NCBI GenBank assembly: GCA_964404205.1
Contig: CAYOJD010000001.1
Span: forward strand, 7,652-71,651
Reading direction: 5' to 3'
From: an uncultured Prolixibacteraceae bacterium
Lineage (GTDB): Bacteria; Bacteroidota; Bacteroidia; Bacteroidales; Prolixibacteraceae
DNA: 64,000 bases
Shown here: one piece after another, positions 28,302-38,891 of the stretch
Numbering within the stretch: position 1 is the stretch's first letter
How the letters are laid out: every line of letters begins with the position of its first letter
The notes under the pieces: model-generated
What the model was told of the DNA's origin: nothing
The model's database searches: none
What the model saw: only the letters and a program-made list of their open reading frames with translations
Program-made: the position numbers and the translations under genes

Positions 28302-29756
28302 ATGACAATTATGGACGATCAAAATAAATTACTCAACGATGTTACCCAACGCGATTACCGCTATGGCTTTGTTACAGAAATTGAAACAGAGACTATCGGG
28401 AAAGGGTTAAACGAAGATATTATCCGCATTATTTCAGGGAAGAAAGAGGAGCCTGAGTTTATGCTCGAATTTCGGCTAAAAGCTTATCGCAAATGGCTGA
28501 CCATGAAGATGCCCGAATGGGCCTATCTGAAAATCCCGCCTATCGATTATCAGGATATTATCTACTATGCGGCCCCCAAACAGCAGGCGCAATACGAAAG
28601 CCTGGACGAAGTGGATCCCGAATTGCTGAAAACATTCGAAAAGCTGGGAATCCCGCTCGAAGAACAGAAGATGTTGGCCGGCGTAGCCGTGGACGCGGTG
28701 ATGGACAGTGTTTCGGTGAAGACCACCTTTAAAGAGAATCTTGCCGAACTGGGAATCATTTTCTGCTCGTTCAGCGAAGCGGTAAAACACCATCCCGACC
28801 TGATACAAAAATATTTGGGCATGGCAGTTCCTGCGAACGACAACTATTTTGCGGCACTTAACTCGGCGGTCTTTTCTGATGGTTCGTTTGTCTATATCCC
28901 GAAAGGGGTACGTTGCCCGATGGAGTTGTCGACCTATTTCCGTATCAATGCAGCCAATACCGGCCAGTTCGAACGGACGCTGATTATTGCCGACGACGAT
29001 AGTTTCGTTTCGTACCTCGAAGGATGTACCGCACCCATGCGCGACGAGAATCAACTCCATGCCGCTGTAGTCGAGATAATTGCCCTCGACCGGGCCGAAG
29101 TGAAATATTCGACGGTACAGAACTGGTACCCGGGCGATAAAAACGGCAAAGGGGGGATCTATAATTTTGTAACGAAAAGAGGTATCTGTAAAGGGCACTC
29201 CTCCAAGATATTCTGGAACCAGGTAGAGACCGGTTCGGCCATTACCTGGAAATATCCCAGTTGTGTATTGATGGGCGACAACTCGGTGGCCGAATTCAAT
29301 TCGGTGGCCGTTACCAACAACTATCAGCAGGCCGACACCGGCACCAAGATGATTCATCTGGGCAAAAACACCAAAAGCACCATTGTTTCGAAAGGGATTT
29401 CGGCCGGGAAGAGTTCGAACAGTTACCGCGGTTTGGTGCGTGTAGCAGCCAAGGCTGAGAATGCCCGTAACTTTTCGCAATGCGACTCGCTTTTGCTGGG
29501 CGACAGTTGTGGCGCCCACACATTTCCTTACATCGAAGTGGGGAATCAGTCATCCATTGTTGAACACGAAGCAACTACCTCCAAGATTGGAGAAGACCAG
29601 ATATTTTATTGTAACCAGCGCGGCATCTCCACACAGGATGCCATCGGGATGATTGTCAACGGCTATGCCCGAGAGGTAATCAATAAGTTGCCGATGGAGT
29701 TTGCGGTTGAAGCACAAAAGCTTTTGCAAATCAGCCTCGAAGGCAGCGTGGGTTAA
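28302..29756 (+). CDS. sufB: Fe-S cluster assembly protein SufB
   Basis: 484 aa. Highly conserved SufB blocks ([34 protein letters not shown]). First gene of the suf operon. Confidence 0.95.
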   Translation: MTIMDDQNKLLNDVTQRDYRYGFVTEIETETIGKGLNEDIIRIISGKKEEPEFMLEFRLKAYRKWLTMKMPEWAYLKIPPIDYQDIIYYAAPKQQAQYESLDEVDPELLKTFEKLGIPLEEQKMLAGVAVDAVMDSVSVKTTFKENLAELGIIFCSFSEAVKHHPDLIQKYLGMAVPANDNYFAALNSAVFSDGSFVYIPKGVRCPMELSTYFRINAANTGQFERTLIIADDDSFVSYLEGCTAPMRDENQLHAAVVEIIALDRAEVKYSTVQNWYPGDKNGKGGIYNFVTKRGICKGHSSKIFWNQVETGSAITWKYPSCVLMGDNSVAEFNSVAVTNNYQQADTGTKMIHLGKNTKSTIVSKGISAGKSSNSYRGLVRVAAKAENARNFSQCDSLLLGDSCGAHTFPYIEVGNQSSIVEHEATTSKIGEDQIFYCNQRGISTQDAIGMIVNGYAREVINKLPMEFAVEAQKLLQISLEGSVG

Positions 29757-29780
29757 TTCATTTTAAAAAGTTCAAAAAAG

Positions 29781-30533
29781 ATGTTAGTAATAAAAGATTT
29801 ACATGCGAAAGTCGAAGGAAAGGATATCCTTCGCGGTATCAATCTCGAAATAAAAGCCGGCGAGGTACACGCCATTATGGGCCCCAATGGTTCGGGCAAG
29901 AGTACACTGGCCAATGTGCTGGCCGGGCACGAAGGGTTCGAAGTAACCAAAGGTGAGGTCTCCTTCTTTGGAAAAGATTTGCTGGAGATGTCGGCCGATA
30001 TTCGCGCCAAGGAGGGACTCTTCCTCAGTTTCCAGTATCCGGTCGAGATTCCCGGCGTCAGCATGGTCAATTTCCTGAAGACGGCAGTAAACGAACATCG
30101 CAAATATCATCAGTTGAAAGAGTTGTCGGCAGGCGATTTCCTGAAACTGATGCGCGAAAAGAAAGAAATGGTACAAATCGATTCGCAACTCACCAACCGC
30201 TCGGTGAACGAAGGTTTCTCGGGTGGTGAAAAGAAGAAAAATGAAATCTTCCAGATGGCGATGCTCGAACCAAAACTTTCAATTTTGGATGAAACCGACA
30301 GTGGCCTCGATATCGATGCCCTCCGCATTGTGGCCAATGGTGTGAATATGCTGAAAAACAAGGACAATGCCACTATCGTGGTAACCCACTATCAACGACT
30401 GCTCGATTATATCGTTCCCGATTATGTGCATGTGCTGTACAAGGGGCGCATCGTAAAATCGGCTGGGAAAGAGCTGGCACTCGAACTCGAAGAAAAGGGA
30501 TACGACTGGATTAAAAAAGAAATCGGCGAATAA
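29781..30533 (+). CDS. sufC: Fe-S cluster assembly ATPase SufC
   Basis: Walker A GPNGSGKSTL, signature-like FSGGEKKKNEI, Walker B ILDETDSGLD. 250 aa. Confidence 0.95.
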   Translation: MLVIKDLHAKVEGKDILRGINLEIKAGEVHAIMGPNGSGKSTLANVLAGHEGFEVTKGEVSFFGKDLLEMSADIRAKEGLFLSFQYPVEIPGVSMVNFLKTAVNEHRKYHQLKELSAGDFLKLMREKKEMVQIDSQLTNRSVNEGFSGGEKKKNEIFQMAMLEPKLSILDETDSGLDIDALRIVANGVNMLKNKDNATIVVTHYQRLLDYIVPDYVHVLYKGRIVKSAGKELALELEEKGYDWIKKEIGE

Positions 30534-30536
30534 GCT

Positions 30537-31910
30537 ATGGCAGGAAACGAAATTACACACCCGGCCCTTCAGCGGATTGCCGGCTTGTACGAAAGCAACC
30601 GTCACCTGCTCGACCGGCAAGCCCCGGAATATTTGGTGACGCTTCGGCAGAAGGCCATTCAAGCGTTTCAAAAACAGGGAATCCCTGATTTCAGAAACGA
30701 GAATTACAAATACAGCGACCTGACCCGCCTCTTCAGTACAGAAAGCTACCGTCGTAACTTCTATTCCGAATCGATTGATGTTAACGCGCAGGAGGTCTTC
30801 AGTTGCGATGTCCCGGAATTCGACACCGATGTTGTTTTTCTGGTCAATGGTTGGTTCTACGACCGCAATTTGCTCACCGGCCTCTTCCCGAAAGGGGTAA
30901 TGGTGAAAAGTATGAAGCTGGCAATGGTTGAAAACCGCGAACTGGTTGAACCCCGTTTAGGCAAAATTGCTGATACCGATAAAGACCCGCTGGTAGCCCT
31001 CAACAGCGCTTTTATCCAGGATGGGCTATTTATCTATATCCCCGACCATGTGGTGGTTGAAAAGCCAATTCAAATTATCAATCTGCTGACCAGCAACGAC
31101 GATTTGTATGTCAATCAACGCAATATGGTGATTGTAGGGCGCAACAGTCAAGCCAAAATCATCTTTTGCGACCATACGCTTACGCCTCATAATTTCATCC
31201 CCAACAATTTGACTGAAGTTGAATTGGGCGAGGATGCGGTGGTTGAGATCTACAATATTCAGAACCACCACAACGGTACGGCCAACCTTTCGGGATTGTA
31301 TATCAGTCAGAAACGAAACTCCAGATTGCTGACCAACACCATTACGTTGCATGGTGGAGTAGTGCGCAACAATCTGAGCATCATTTTCAATGGCGAACAT
31401 TGCGAAGCAAAGGTTTGTGGACTGGCCCTTACCGACCGGAACCAGCATGTCGACAATTATACCTACATCGAACATGCCTATCCCAACTGCCACAGCAACC
31501 AGATTTACAAAAACGTACTCGACGATAACTCAACGGGTGCCTTCACTGGAAGGATTCACGTGATGCCCGGAGCAAAGAAAACAGAGGCATACCAAAAAAA
31601 CAACAGCGTGTTGCTGACCAAAGCGGCCAAAATGAATACCAAGCCGCAACTGGTTATCGACAACGACGATGTGAAATGTTCGCACGGCGCTACCGTTGGG
31701 CAGATTAACGAAGAGGCACTCTTCTATCTGCAAACCCGTGGTATCAGTGAGCGCGAAGCCCGGCTGATGTTGATGTTTGCCTTTGCCCACGAGGTGATGG
31801 CCGAAATCTCGATCGACAAGCTTCGTCAAAGCATCGACCAGTTGGTTAATAAACGACTGCGCGGCGAGGTGTCGCGATGCCACGACTGTAAACTGGAGTG
31901 CATTAAATAA
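30537..31910 (+). CDS. sufD: Fe-S cluster assembly protein SufD
   Basis: Starts 3 nt after sufC. C-terminal beta-helix block CSHGATVGQINEEALFYLQTRGI. 457 aa. Confidence 0.85.
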   Translation: MAGNEITHPALQRIAGLYESNRHLLDRQAPEYLVTLRQKAIQAFQKQGIPDFRNENYKYSDLTRLFSTESYRRNFYSESIDVNAQEVFSCDVPEFDTDVVFLVNGWFYDRNLLTGLFPKGVMVKSMKLAMVENRELVEPRLGKIADTDKDPLVALNSAFIQDGLFIYIPDHVVVEKPIQIINLLTSNDDLYVNQRNMVIVGRNSQAKIIFCDHTLTPHNFIPNNLTEVELGEDAVVEIYNIQNHHNGTANLSGLYISQKRNSRLLTNTITLHGGVVRNNLSIIFNGEHCEAKVCGLALTDRNQHVDNYTYIEHAYPNCHSNQIYKNVLDDNSTGAFTGRIHVMPGAKKTEAYQKNNSVLLTKAAKMNTKPQLVIDNDDVKCSHGATVGQINEEALFYLQTRGISEREARLMLMFAFAHEVMAEISIDKLRQSIDQLVNKRLRGEVSRCHDCKLECIK

Positions 31911-31975
31911 GGCGATTCGCTGTTAGATATCAGATTTTAGTCATTAGACGGAAGTTTTTAACCGAGATTTAAAAT

Positions 31976-33193
31976 ATGAATATCGATATACAAAAAATAA
32001 GGAACAATTTTCCAATTCTACACCAGAAGGTCAATGGCAAGCCACTGATTTACTTTGATAATGCCGCAACAGCGCAACGACCGGTGCAGGTCATTGAGAA
32101 GGTAAAGGAATATTCTGAGCGTTTCAATGCCAATATCCATCGCGGCACCCATTTCCTGTCCAACCGCACCACCGAAGCTTTTGAGCAGAGCCGCGAAACG
32201 GTACGCCGCTTTATCAATGCCGGCGAAACGGCTGAAGTGATTTTTACCCACGGCACGACAGAATCTATCAATCTGGTCGCCTCGTCGTTTGGAGAAAAGT
32301 ATATCGCTGCCGGCGACGAAGTGATTGTTTCGGAAATGGAGCATCACGCCAACATTGTTCCGTGGCAAATGGTTTGCGAGCGAAAAGGAGCCACGCTGAA
32401 GGTACTTCCGTTCGATGAGCAGGGGGTGTTGAAAATAGAACTTCTGGATAAATTAATATCGGGAAAGACTAAAATAGTGGCAGTAGCCCATGTTTCCAAT
32501 ACGCTCGCAACGGTAAACCCGATAAAACAAATTATCGAAATAGCCCATCGGCACAACGTTCCGGTGCTGATTGACGGAGCGCAGGGCATTCCGCACATCA
32601 AAATCGATGTTCAGGCACTCGATTGCGATTTTTATGCCTTTTCTGGACACAAAATTTACGGGCCAACCGGTATTGGCGTGCTTTACGGCAAACGAGAATG
32701 GCTTGAGCAGCTGCCGCCGTTTCTTGGTGGTGGCGAATTGATCGATAAGGTAACTTTTGCGAAAACCACCTACAACGAATTGCCTTATAAATTCGAGGCT
32801 GGCACTCCGCATTATGTTGGGGCCATTGGTTTGGGCGAAGCGATAAACTATATAGAATCGATTGGTATTGAAAATATTGCCAAATACGAACATCATCTGC
32901 TCACCTATGCTACCGCGAAGTTGAAACAACTGGGCGATGTACGCTTCTTTGGTGAGGCACCCGAAAAATCGGCTGTAATCTGCTTCCATTTGGGCAATAT
33001 TCATCCGTTCGATTTGGGAACCCTACTCGATAACCTGGGTATCGCCGTTCGTACCGGTCGCCTCTGTGCCGACCCGGTGATGGATCATTTTCAGGTCGAG
33101 AATATGGTGCGTGCCTCGTTTTCGTTCTACAACACTGAAGCCGAAATCGATACCTTTATTCAGGCATTAACCAGAATTAAGTCGATGTTCTGA
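31976..33193 (+). CDS. sufS: Cysteine desulfurase SufS (class V aminotransferase)
   Basis: PLP-lysine block FSGHKIYGPTGIGVLYG and catalytic-cysteine loop RTGRLCADP. 405 aa. Confidence 0.9.
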   Translation: MNIDIQKIRNNFPILHQKVNGKPLIYFDNAATAQRPVQVIEKVKEYSERFNANIHRGTHFLSNRTTEAFEQSRETVRRFINAGETAEVIFTHGTTESINLVASSFGEKYIAAGDEVIVSEMEHHANIVPWQMVCERKGATLKVLPFDEQGVLKIELLDKLISGKTKIVAVAHVSNTLATVNPIKQIIEIAHRHNVPVLIDGAQGIPHIKIDVQALDCDFYAFSGHKIYGPTGIGVLYGKREWLEQLPPFLGGGELIDKVTFAKTTYNELPYKFEAGTPHYVGAIGLGEAINYIESIGIENIAKYEHHLLTYATAKLKQLGDVRFFGEAPEKSAVICFHLGNIHPFDLGTLLDNLGIAVRTGRLCADPVMDHFQVENMVRASFSFYNTEAEIDTFIQALTRIKSMF

Positions 33194-33227
33194 AAAAATA
33201 TACTTTTGCAAAAAAAGCTTTTGAACC

Positions 33228-33662
33228 ATGACAATTGAAGAGATTCAGCAAGAGATAATCGACGATTTTTCGGCTTACGACGATTGGATGGACAAATACT
33301 CCTATCTGATTGAGCTGGGCAATGAACTGACGGACATCGACCCGAAATATAAAATTGACGAGAACCTGATTCGCGGGTGCCAGTCGCGGGTGTGGTTCCA
33401 CCAGGAGTTTGTCGATGGCAAAATTGTTTTCGAAGCCGAAAGCGATGCGTTGATTGTAAAGGGACTCGTGGCTCTGTTGCTGAAAGTTTACTCGGGCCGT
33501 ACACCCAAAGAGATTCTCGCTGCTGATGCCCATTTTATTGATGATATCGGCCTGCGCCAGCATCTCTCACCCACACGGTCAAACGGGTTGTTGTCGATGG
33601 TGAAACAAATTAAACTCTATGCCCTCGCTTACGAGAAAATTTCTGAGCAAAAAACTGAATGA
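33228..33662 (+). CDS. sufE: Cysteine desulfuration protein SufE
   Basis: Persulfide-acceptor motif IRGCQSRVW. 144 aa. Confidence 0.85.
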   Translation: MTIEEIQQEIIDDFSAYDDWMDKYSYLIELGNELTDIDPKYKIDENLIRGCQSRVWFHQEFVDGKIVFEAESDALIVKGLVALLLKVYSGRTPKEILAADAHFIDDIGLRQHLSPTRSNGLLSMVKQIKLYALAYEKISEQKTE

Positions 33663-33964
33663 TGGACGAAAAAATTGATTTGGTCATTGCCAACCTGAAA
33701 GAGGTGTACGACCCCGAAATTCCAGTTAACATATACGACCTCGGATTGGTATATAGTGTTGACATCGAAGAAAATACCTGCAAAGTTTTGATGACCCTTA
33801 CGGCCCCCAACTGCCCGGCCGCCGATATGATTCTGGCCGACGTGGAATATATGGCAAAAAAGGTCGACGGCATCGAAAAATGTTTGGTAGAAATCACTTT
33901 CGACCCGCCGTGGGATAAGTCGATGATGTCGGAAGAGGCGAGGTTGGAGCTGGGATTCATGTAA
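33659..33964 (+). CDS. DUF59 / SufT-like Fe-S assembly protein
   Basis: DPEIPVNIYDLGLVY and TLTAPNCP motifs. 101 aa. ATGA overlap with sufE. Confidence 0.8.
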   Translation: MMDEKIDLVIANLKEVYDPEIPVNIYDLGLVYSVDIEENTCKVLMTLTAPNCPAADMILADVEYMAKKVDGIEKCLVEITFDPPWDKSMMSEEARLELGFM

Positions 33965-33990
33965 AAACAAACTATTTTATTCCCGATAAA

Positions 33991-34938
33991 TTGGATAACA
34001 CACCACAAAATATCGCACAGTTGATTCGGGAAAAGGCGCTTGCACTGGGTTTCTCGGCCTGCGGCTTTGCAGGGGTTCGCCCGCTGAATGAACACCGAGA
34101 ACATTTCCGCCGGTGGCTCGACGATGGCAACCATGGCACAATGGAGTGGCTGGCTAACCATTTCGATAAACGGCTCGATCCCTCCCAACTGGTCGAAGGG
34201 GCTAAATCGGTAATTGTATTGCTCCATAACTACTTCCCGGCTGAAAAACAGAAAGACCCCAACGCACCAATTATAGCCAAATATGCCTACGGCAAGGATT
34301 ATCACCATCTGCTGAAAGCCAAACTGGCTAAGCTTTTCGACTATATTCAGCAAGAAATTTCACCCTGCTCGGGAAGAATGTTTGTCGATTCGGCACCTGT
34401 ACTAGAACGCTACTGGGCGCGTGAAGCTGGCCTTGGCTGGATAGGGAAAAACTCGCTGCTGATTCATCCACGAATGGGTTCATTCTTCTTCATCAGCGAG
34501 TTGATAATCGACATTGAACTTCCATACGACCAGCCTTTTACCGAAAACCACTGCTGCAACTGCAGCCGCTGCATCGATGCGTGTCCGACCAATGCAATTG
34601 TTTCACCTTCGGTAATCGATGCGCGTAAATGCATTTCCTACCATACAATAGAATCGAAAGATGAAATTCATGAAGAGATAAAAGAGAGGTTGAACGGTCG
34701 CTTTTTTGGCTGCGATATCTGTCAGGATGTCTGTCCGTGGAATAAGAAATTTGCGACTCCCCATTCAGAACCCGAATTGATGCCTCAACTCCAATTGCTC
34801 GATATGGATACTGAAGCATGGCAAAATCTCGATAAACCAACTTACAACCAACTTTTCAAGAAATCGGCCGTGCAGCGGGCTGGATACGCAAAACTGCTCT
34901 CCAACCTGAAAGCAGCCATCCAAAGCAAAAGTTTTTAA
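33991..34938 (+). CDS. queG: Epoxyqueuosine reductase
   Basis: Two ferredoxin-type motifs, CCNCSRCIDACP and CDICQDVCPWN. QueG-like N-terminus. 315 aa. The apparent start is TTG. Confidence 0.85.
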   Translation: MDNTPQNIAQLIREKALALGFSACGFAGVRPLNEHREHFRRWLDDGNHGTMEWLANHFDKRLDPSQLVEGAKSVIVLLHNYFPAEKQKDPNAPIIAKYAYGKDYHHLLKAKLAKLFDYIQQEISPCSGRMFVDSAPVLERYWAREAGLGWIGKNSLLIHPRMGSFFFISELIIDIELPYDQPFTENHCCNCSRCIDACPTNAIVSPSVIDARKCISYHTIESKDEIHEEIKERLNGRFFGCDICQDVCPWNKKFATPHSEPELMPQLQLLDMDTEAWQNLDKPTYNQLFKKSAVQRAGYAKLLSNLKAAIQSKSF

Positions 34939-35000
34939 ATTTGTTGCAAAGGGGAATTTTACAGCATGCCGAATGGCTATTCCCTTTCATTTTTGTAAAC

Positions 35001-35820
35001 ATGAAAATAACCGAACAAAATATCGTTTCGCACGATGGGCTCTCCTATTACAGTACGACATGGTGCCCTGACAACGCCCCCGTGGCTGTCATTCTTTTTT
35101 TACATGGCCATGGCGACCACTGCCGACGATACGACGAATGGTTCGAAGGGTTTATCGAAGCAGAAATGGCTGTTTTTGCCATCGATTATCGCGGGCATGG
35201 ACAATCGGAAGGCAAAAGAGGGGTAATTGGCCATTTTAGCGATTTGCAACTCGATGTCAATCTATTGTTTGCCGAAGGTGAGAAAAGATTTCCTGAAACA
35301 CCGAAAATCCTTTACGGACACAGCATGGGCGCAACCATTTTGCTCCACTATTTGTTAAACGGAGAGAACCGGCCAAAATTGGCAATAGCCATGGCTGGTG
35401 CTGAGAAATCGACCCGGTAAGTGGATGAGAGTATTGATTAAAACGCTGAATAACATTGCCCCCAGCCTGACGATGAAAACCGGGTTGCGTTCGTCAGATT
35501 TTTCCTCCGTTGAAGGATTTGGCGAGAAACGGGAAAAAGATCCCTGGGTGCATAACCGGATATCGGCAAGGCTCTTTACAGAAGTACAAAAAGCTGCTGA
35601 GCGCGTTCTGCGCAACACGAAGCCATATCCTTGTGAAATCTTGCTTTTACAAGGCGACGCTGATAAAGTGACTTCACCTGAAGCACCTATCGTATTGGCA
35701 AATAGGTTCAATAACATCAAATTCGTTAACTGGCCCGGAGGCAACCATCAGTTGCACAATGCCAACGACAGCCGGATATTGCAAGATTTAATTATTGACT
35801 GGATAAAACAACATTTATGA
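35001..35820 (+). pseudogene. Alpha/beta hydrolase (lysophospholipase / monoacylglycerol-lipase-like) interrupted by a frameshift near 35388-35392
   Basis: Frame 1 (35001-35420) carries HGHGDH and the GHSMG nucleophile elbow, then stops at 35418. Frame 2 opens after a TAG at 35386 and reads PWLVLRNRPGKW... It carries the acid and His motifs QGDADKV and GGNHQL, running to 35820. Confidence 0.7.
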
Positions 35821-36824
35821 TACGGTTTCGGACAGAAGTTGAACTGCCATCAACTTTACAGCAAGCAAATTACCGAAGGCCATTTCTGATGGTGGGTTCC
35901 TGTTTTACCGAAAATATTGGTGGCAGGCTAAAAGATTTATGCTTTCCTGTTGAGATTAATCCATTCGGGGTTCTTTATAATCCGGCTTCGATAGCCGATT
36001 GTATTGAAACCATACTCGACAAAAAGGTTATCACTGAAGATGAACTTTTCTTTCACAACGGCTTATGGAGTTGTTTCAGGCTGCATGGGAGCTTTTCATC
36101 GGCGACAAAAGAAGAACTATTGGCCAAAATCAATCCGGCGATTGTAGATAATTGTCATCATATTAGCCAATTATCCCATCTTTTTGTCACATTTGGAACA
36201 TCGTGGGTATATGCACTGAAAGAAGATGACACCATTGCGGCGAACTGCCACAAACTGCCCGCGAACCGGTTCAACCGCTACCGTCTCGAGGTGAGCGATA
36301 TTGTTTCGAGATGGAAATTACTGATCGAAAAACTGGTGAACGTTAACCCCACTATTCAAATTGTATTTACCGTTAGCCCCATCAGGCACCTGAAAGACGG
36401 CGCTTTCGAAAATCAGGTTAGTAAATCGACACTGTTTCTGGCTATAGCCGAATTGCTCCGTTATTTTGGGACAGATAGACTCTGTTATTTCCCATCGTAC
36501 GAACTGGTAATGGACGAATTACGTGATTACCGGTTTTATGCTGCCGACATGAACCACCCGAGCGAAACGGCTATCGGTTTTATTGGAGAGAAGTTCGACT
36601 CGGTCTTTATTGACACTGAAAGTCAGGGAATTGCAAAAAAGATTGCAGCAATCTTGAGAGGAATTGAACATAAACCATTCAGGGCACAAGAGCAAAGTTA
36701 TCGGAACTTTATTGATAATCTGACAATTGAAGCTGTCGGGTTAACATCTGCTTATCCATTTGTTAACATCAATACAATCATCAAAAGATTGGATTCAAAA
36801 AGATTAAATAATATTTTTACTTGA
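35817..36824 (+). CDS. GSCFA domain-containing protein
   Basis: N-terminal FLMVGSCFTENIG motif that gives the family its name. 335 aa. ATGA overlap with the upstream hydrolase stop. Confidence 0.7.
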   Translation: MIRFRTEVELPSTLQQANYRRPFLMVGSCFTENIGGRLKDLCFPVEINPFGVLYNPASIADCIETILDKKVITEDELFFHNGLWSCFRLHGSFSSATKEELLAKINPAIVDNCHHISQLSHLFVTFGTSWVYALKEDDTIAANCHKLPANRFNRYRLEVSDIVSRWKLLIEKLVNVNPTIQIVFTVSPIRHLKDGAFENQVSKSTLFLAIAELLRYFGTDRLCYFPSYELVMDELRDYRFYAADMNHPSETAIGFIGEKFDSVFIDTESQGIAKKIAAILRGIEHKPFRAQEQSYRNFIDNLTIEAVGLTSAYPFVNINTIIKRLDSKRLNNIFT

Positions 36825-36911
36825 TGAAATGATTCCCTATTTTTAAAGAGTGAGGAATCTGAACATTTCGAAAACCAACTGACGAAAACAAAAAATTAAA
36901 ACTTGGTTCAC

Positions 36912-38870
36912 ATGAGCTACCTTATTTTTGACAAGGACAAATTGGTCAACCTTGAATATTCTCTGAATCGCGAGAGTTTACGTACCAACAAAAGCGGGGC
37001 CTACTCGTCAACCACCCTTTCTGGGTGCAATACCCGTAAATATCACGGACTATTGGTTGTACAGCTCGACGAACTGGATGGCGGAAAACATGTTTTGCTC
37101 TCATCGCTCGATGAAACAATCGTTCAGCACGATGCCGATTTCAATCTGGGTATCCATAAATTTCCTGGCGATTTTTACGAGCCTAAAGGCCACAAGTACC
37201 TGCGAAACTTTGAATTCGACACCATTCCCAAATATACGTTCCGCGTAGGCGGTGTGATCCTGACAAAAACCAGATTGCTTGTTGAAAATGAAGATACCGT
37301 GATTGTAAAATATACGCTGGAAGAGGCGCACAGTCCGACACTGCTCCGATTTAAGCCATTTCTGGCATTTCGCAACGTGCATGCACTGAGCAAAGCTAAC
37401 ATGTATGCCAATACAAGGTTTCATCATGTAAAAAATGGCATCAAAATGAGCCTTTACGATGGTTATCCTGATTTACACATGCAGTTTTCGAAACCAGTCG
37501 ATTTTGTACCGGTTCCCGACTGGTACCGCGATATCGAATACAGTAAAGAACAGGAGCGCGGTTACGAGTTTCGTGAAGATCTTTTTGTTCCTGGCTATTT
37601 CGAATTGCCTATCGGGAAAGGCGAGTCAGTCTACTTTGTTGCTTCAACCACTGAGCAAAAAACAACCGGACTAAAACAACGTTACGAAAACGAGAAAAAG
37701 AAACGTGTCCCCCGCGATTCGTTTAGCAATTGTTTGAAAAACGCGATTCGTCAATTTATTTGGGAGCGCCCCGATGGCAAAGATTTGATTGCCGGGTTTC
37801 CATGGTACGAGTCAATTACCCGTCAAACCATGTTTGCCCTTCCGGGCGTTCTAATGACCAACGGCGACCTAAAAACCTGTGAAGAGATAATGAAAACCAA
37901 CCTTAAACGGTTGGACAAAGGCCTTCTGCCCAAATATTCAGGAGTTAAAAGTTTTTATGATACTGCCGATGCCCCATTGCTGGTTTTTGCAGCGATACAA
38001 TCGTTTACCCACTACAAATCGCTGAAAGAGCTTTGGAAAAGCTACGCACCCGAGTTGAAGAACATACTCGAAAACTATCGAATTGGAACCCATTTCAATA
38101 TAAAAATGAGTGAAAACGGACTAATTAATGCCAAATTCGATGGAGTAGCCCTTACCTGGATGGATGAATATATCGACGGCATCCCGGTAACACCAAGAGG
38201 CGGCATGACTGTCGAGATCAATGCTTTCTGGTACAACGCTGTTTGTTTTGCCCTCGAAATGGCCACTTCCGCAGGCGATAAAGCATTTGTTTCGGAATGG
38301 AAAATTTTGCCCGAATTGATCAAAGATTCTTTTCAGAAAACATTCTGGAGCGAAGAACGTGAATATCTGGCCGACTATGTTGATGGGAATTACAAAAACT
38401 GGGCGATTCGGCCCAATATGCTGGCAGCCACATTCCTTCCCTACTCTCCGCTCGATCGTGAGCAGAAAAAATCGATTATCAGCAAGGTACGAAATACGCT
38501 GTTGACCCCTCGTGGGTTGAGGACATTGGCCCCCGAAGATTCTGCCTACAAAGGCGAATGCGGATCTACGGCACGCGAACAGGCCGAAGCAGCTCATCAG
38601 GGAAGCGTTTATCCCTTCCTTATCTTCCCGTTCGTCAAATCTTATCTCGATATTCATAAAGCCGGAGGTTTATCATTCGTGAAAAATATTCTGAATGAAT
38701 TTGAGCCCGTCATGTCAGACAATTGTATCGGCACAATCTCGGAATTTTACGAAGGAAACCCGCCATTTCACGCCCACGGCTCCATATCTCAAGCCTGGAA
38801 TGTAAGTGGGATTATGAAATCGCTCGCGCTCATCGAAAAATTTGAAGAAGAGATCAATTCCAAAGCATAA
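36912..38870 (+). CDS. Glycogen debranching enzyme (amylo-alpha-1,6-glucosidase, GDE_N/GDE_C type)
   Basis: About 652 aa. N-terminal REWL-like block NKSGAYSSTTLSGCNTRKYHGLL and a C-terminal (alpha/alpha)6-type region ending EFYEGNPPFHAHGSISQAWNV. The first ATG is at 36912. Confidence 0.8.
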   Translation: MSYLIFDKDKLVNLEYSLNRESLRTNKSGAYSSTTLSGCNTRKYHGLLVVQLDELDGGKHVLLSSLDETIVQHDADFNLGIHKFPGDFYEPKGHKYLRNFEFDTIPKYTFRVGGVILTKTRLLVENEDTVIVKYTLEEAHSPTLLRFKPFLAFRNVHALSKANMYANTRFHHVKNGIKMSLYDGYPDLHMQFSKPVDFVPVPDWYRDIEYSKEQERGYEFREDLFVPGYFELPIGKGESVYFVASTTEQKTTGLKQRYENEKKKRVPRDSFSNCLKNAIRQFIWERPDGKDLIAGFPWYESITRQTMFALPGVLMTNGDLKTCEEIMKTNLKRLDKGLLPKYSGVKSFYDTADAPLLVFAAIQSFTHYKSLKELWKSYAPELKNILENYRIGTHFNIKMSENGLINAKFDGVALTWMDEYIDGIPVTPRGGMTVEINAFWYNAVCFALEMATSAGDKAFVSEWKILPELIKDSFQKTFWSEEREYLADYVDGNYKNWAIRPNMLAATFLPYSPLDREQKKSIISKVRNTLLTPRGLRTLAPEDSAYKGECGSTAREQAEAAHQGSVYPFLIFPFVKSYLDIHKAGGLSFVKNILNEFEPVMSDNCIGTISEFYEGNPPFHAHGSISQAWNVSGIMKSLALIEKFEEEINSKA

Positions 38871-38891
38871 ATCTATAACTGATATAACTCT

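Noticed and set aside
28476-29519. 347-aa ORF antisense to sufB
   Set aside because: sufB on the plus strand is unambiguous. The antisense translation has no motifs and an arginine/glycine/valine-rich shadow composition.
34941-35000. N-terminal 20-codon extension of the hydrolase ORF (track start at 34941)
   Set aside because: It starts 3 nt after the queG stop with a non-ATG codon and adds atypical residues. ATG at 35001 gives the usual MKIT... start about 35 residues before the HG motif.
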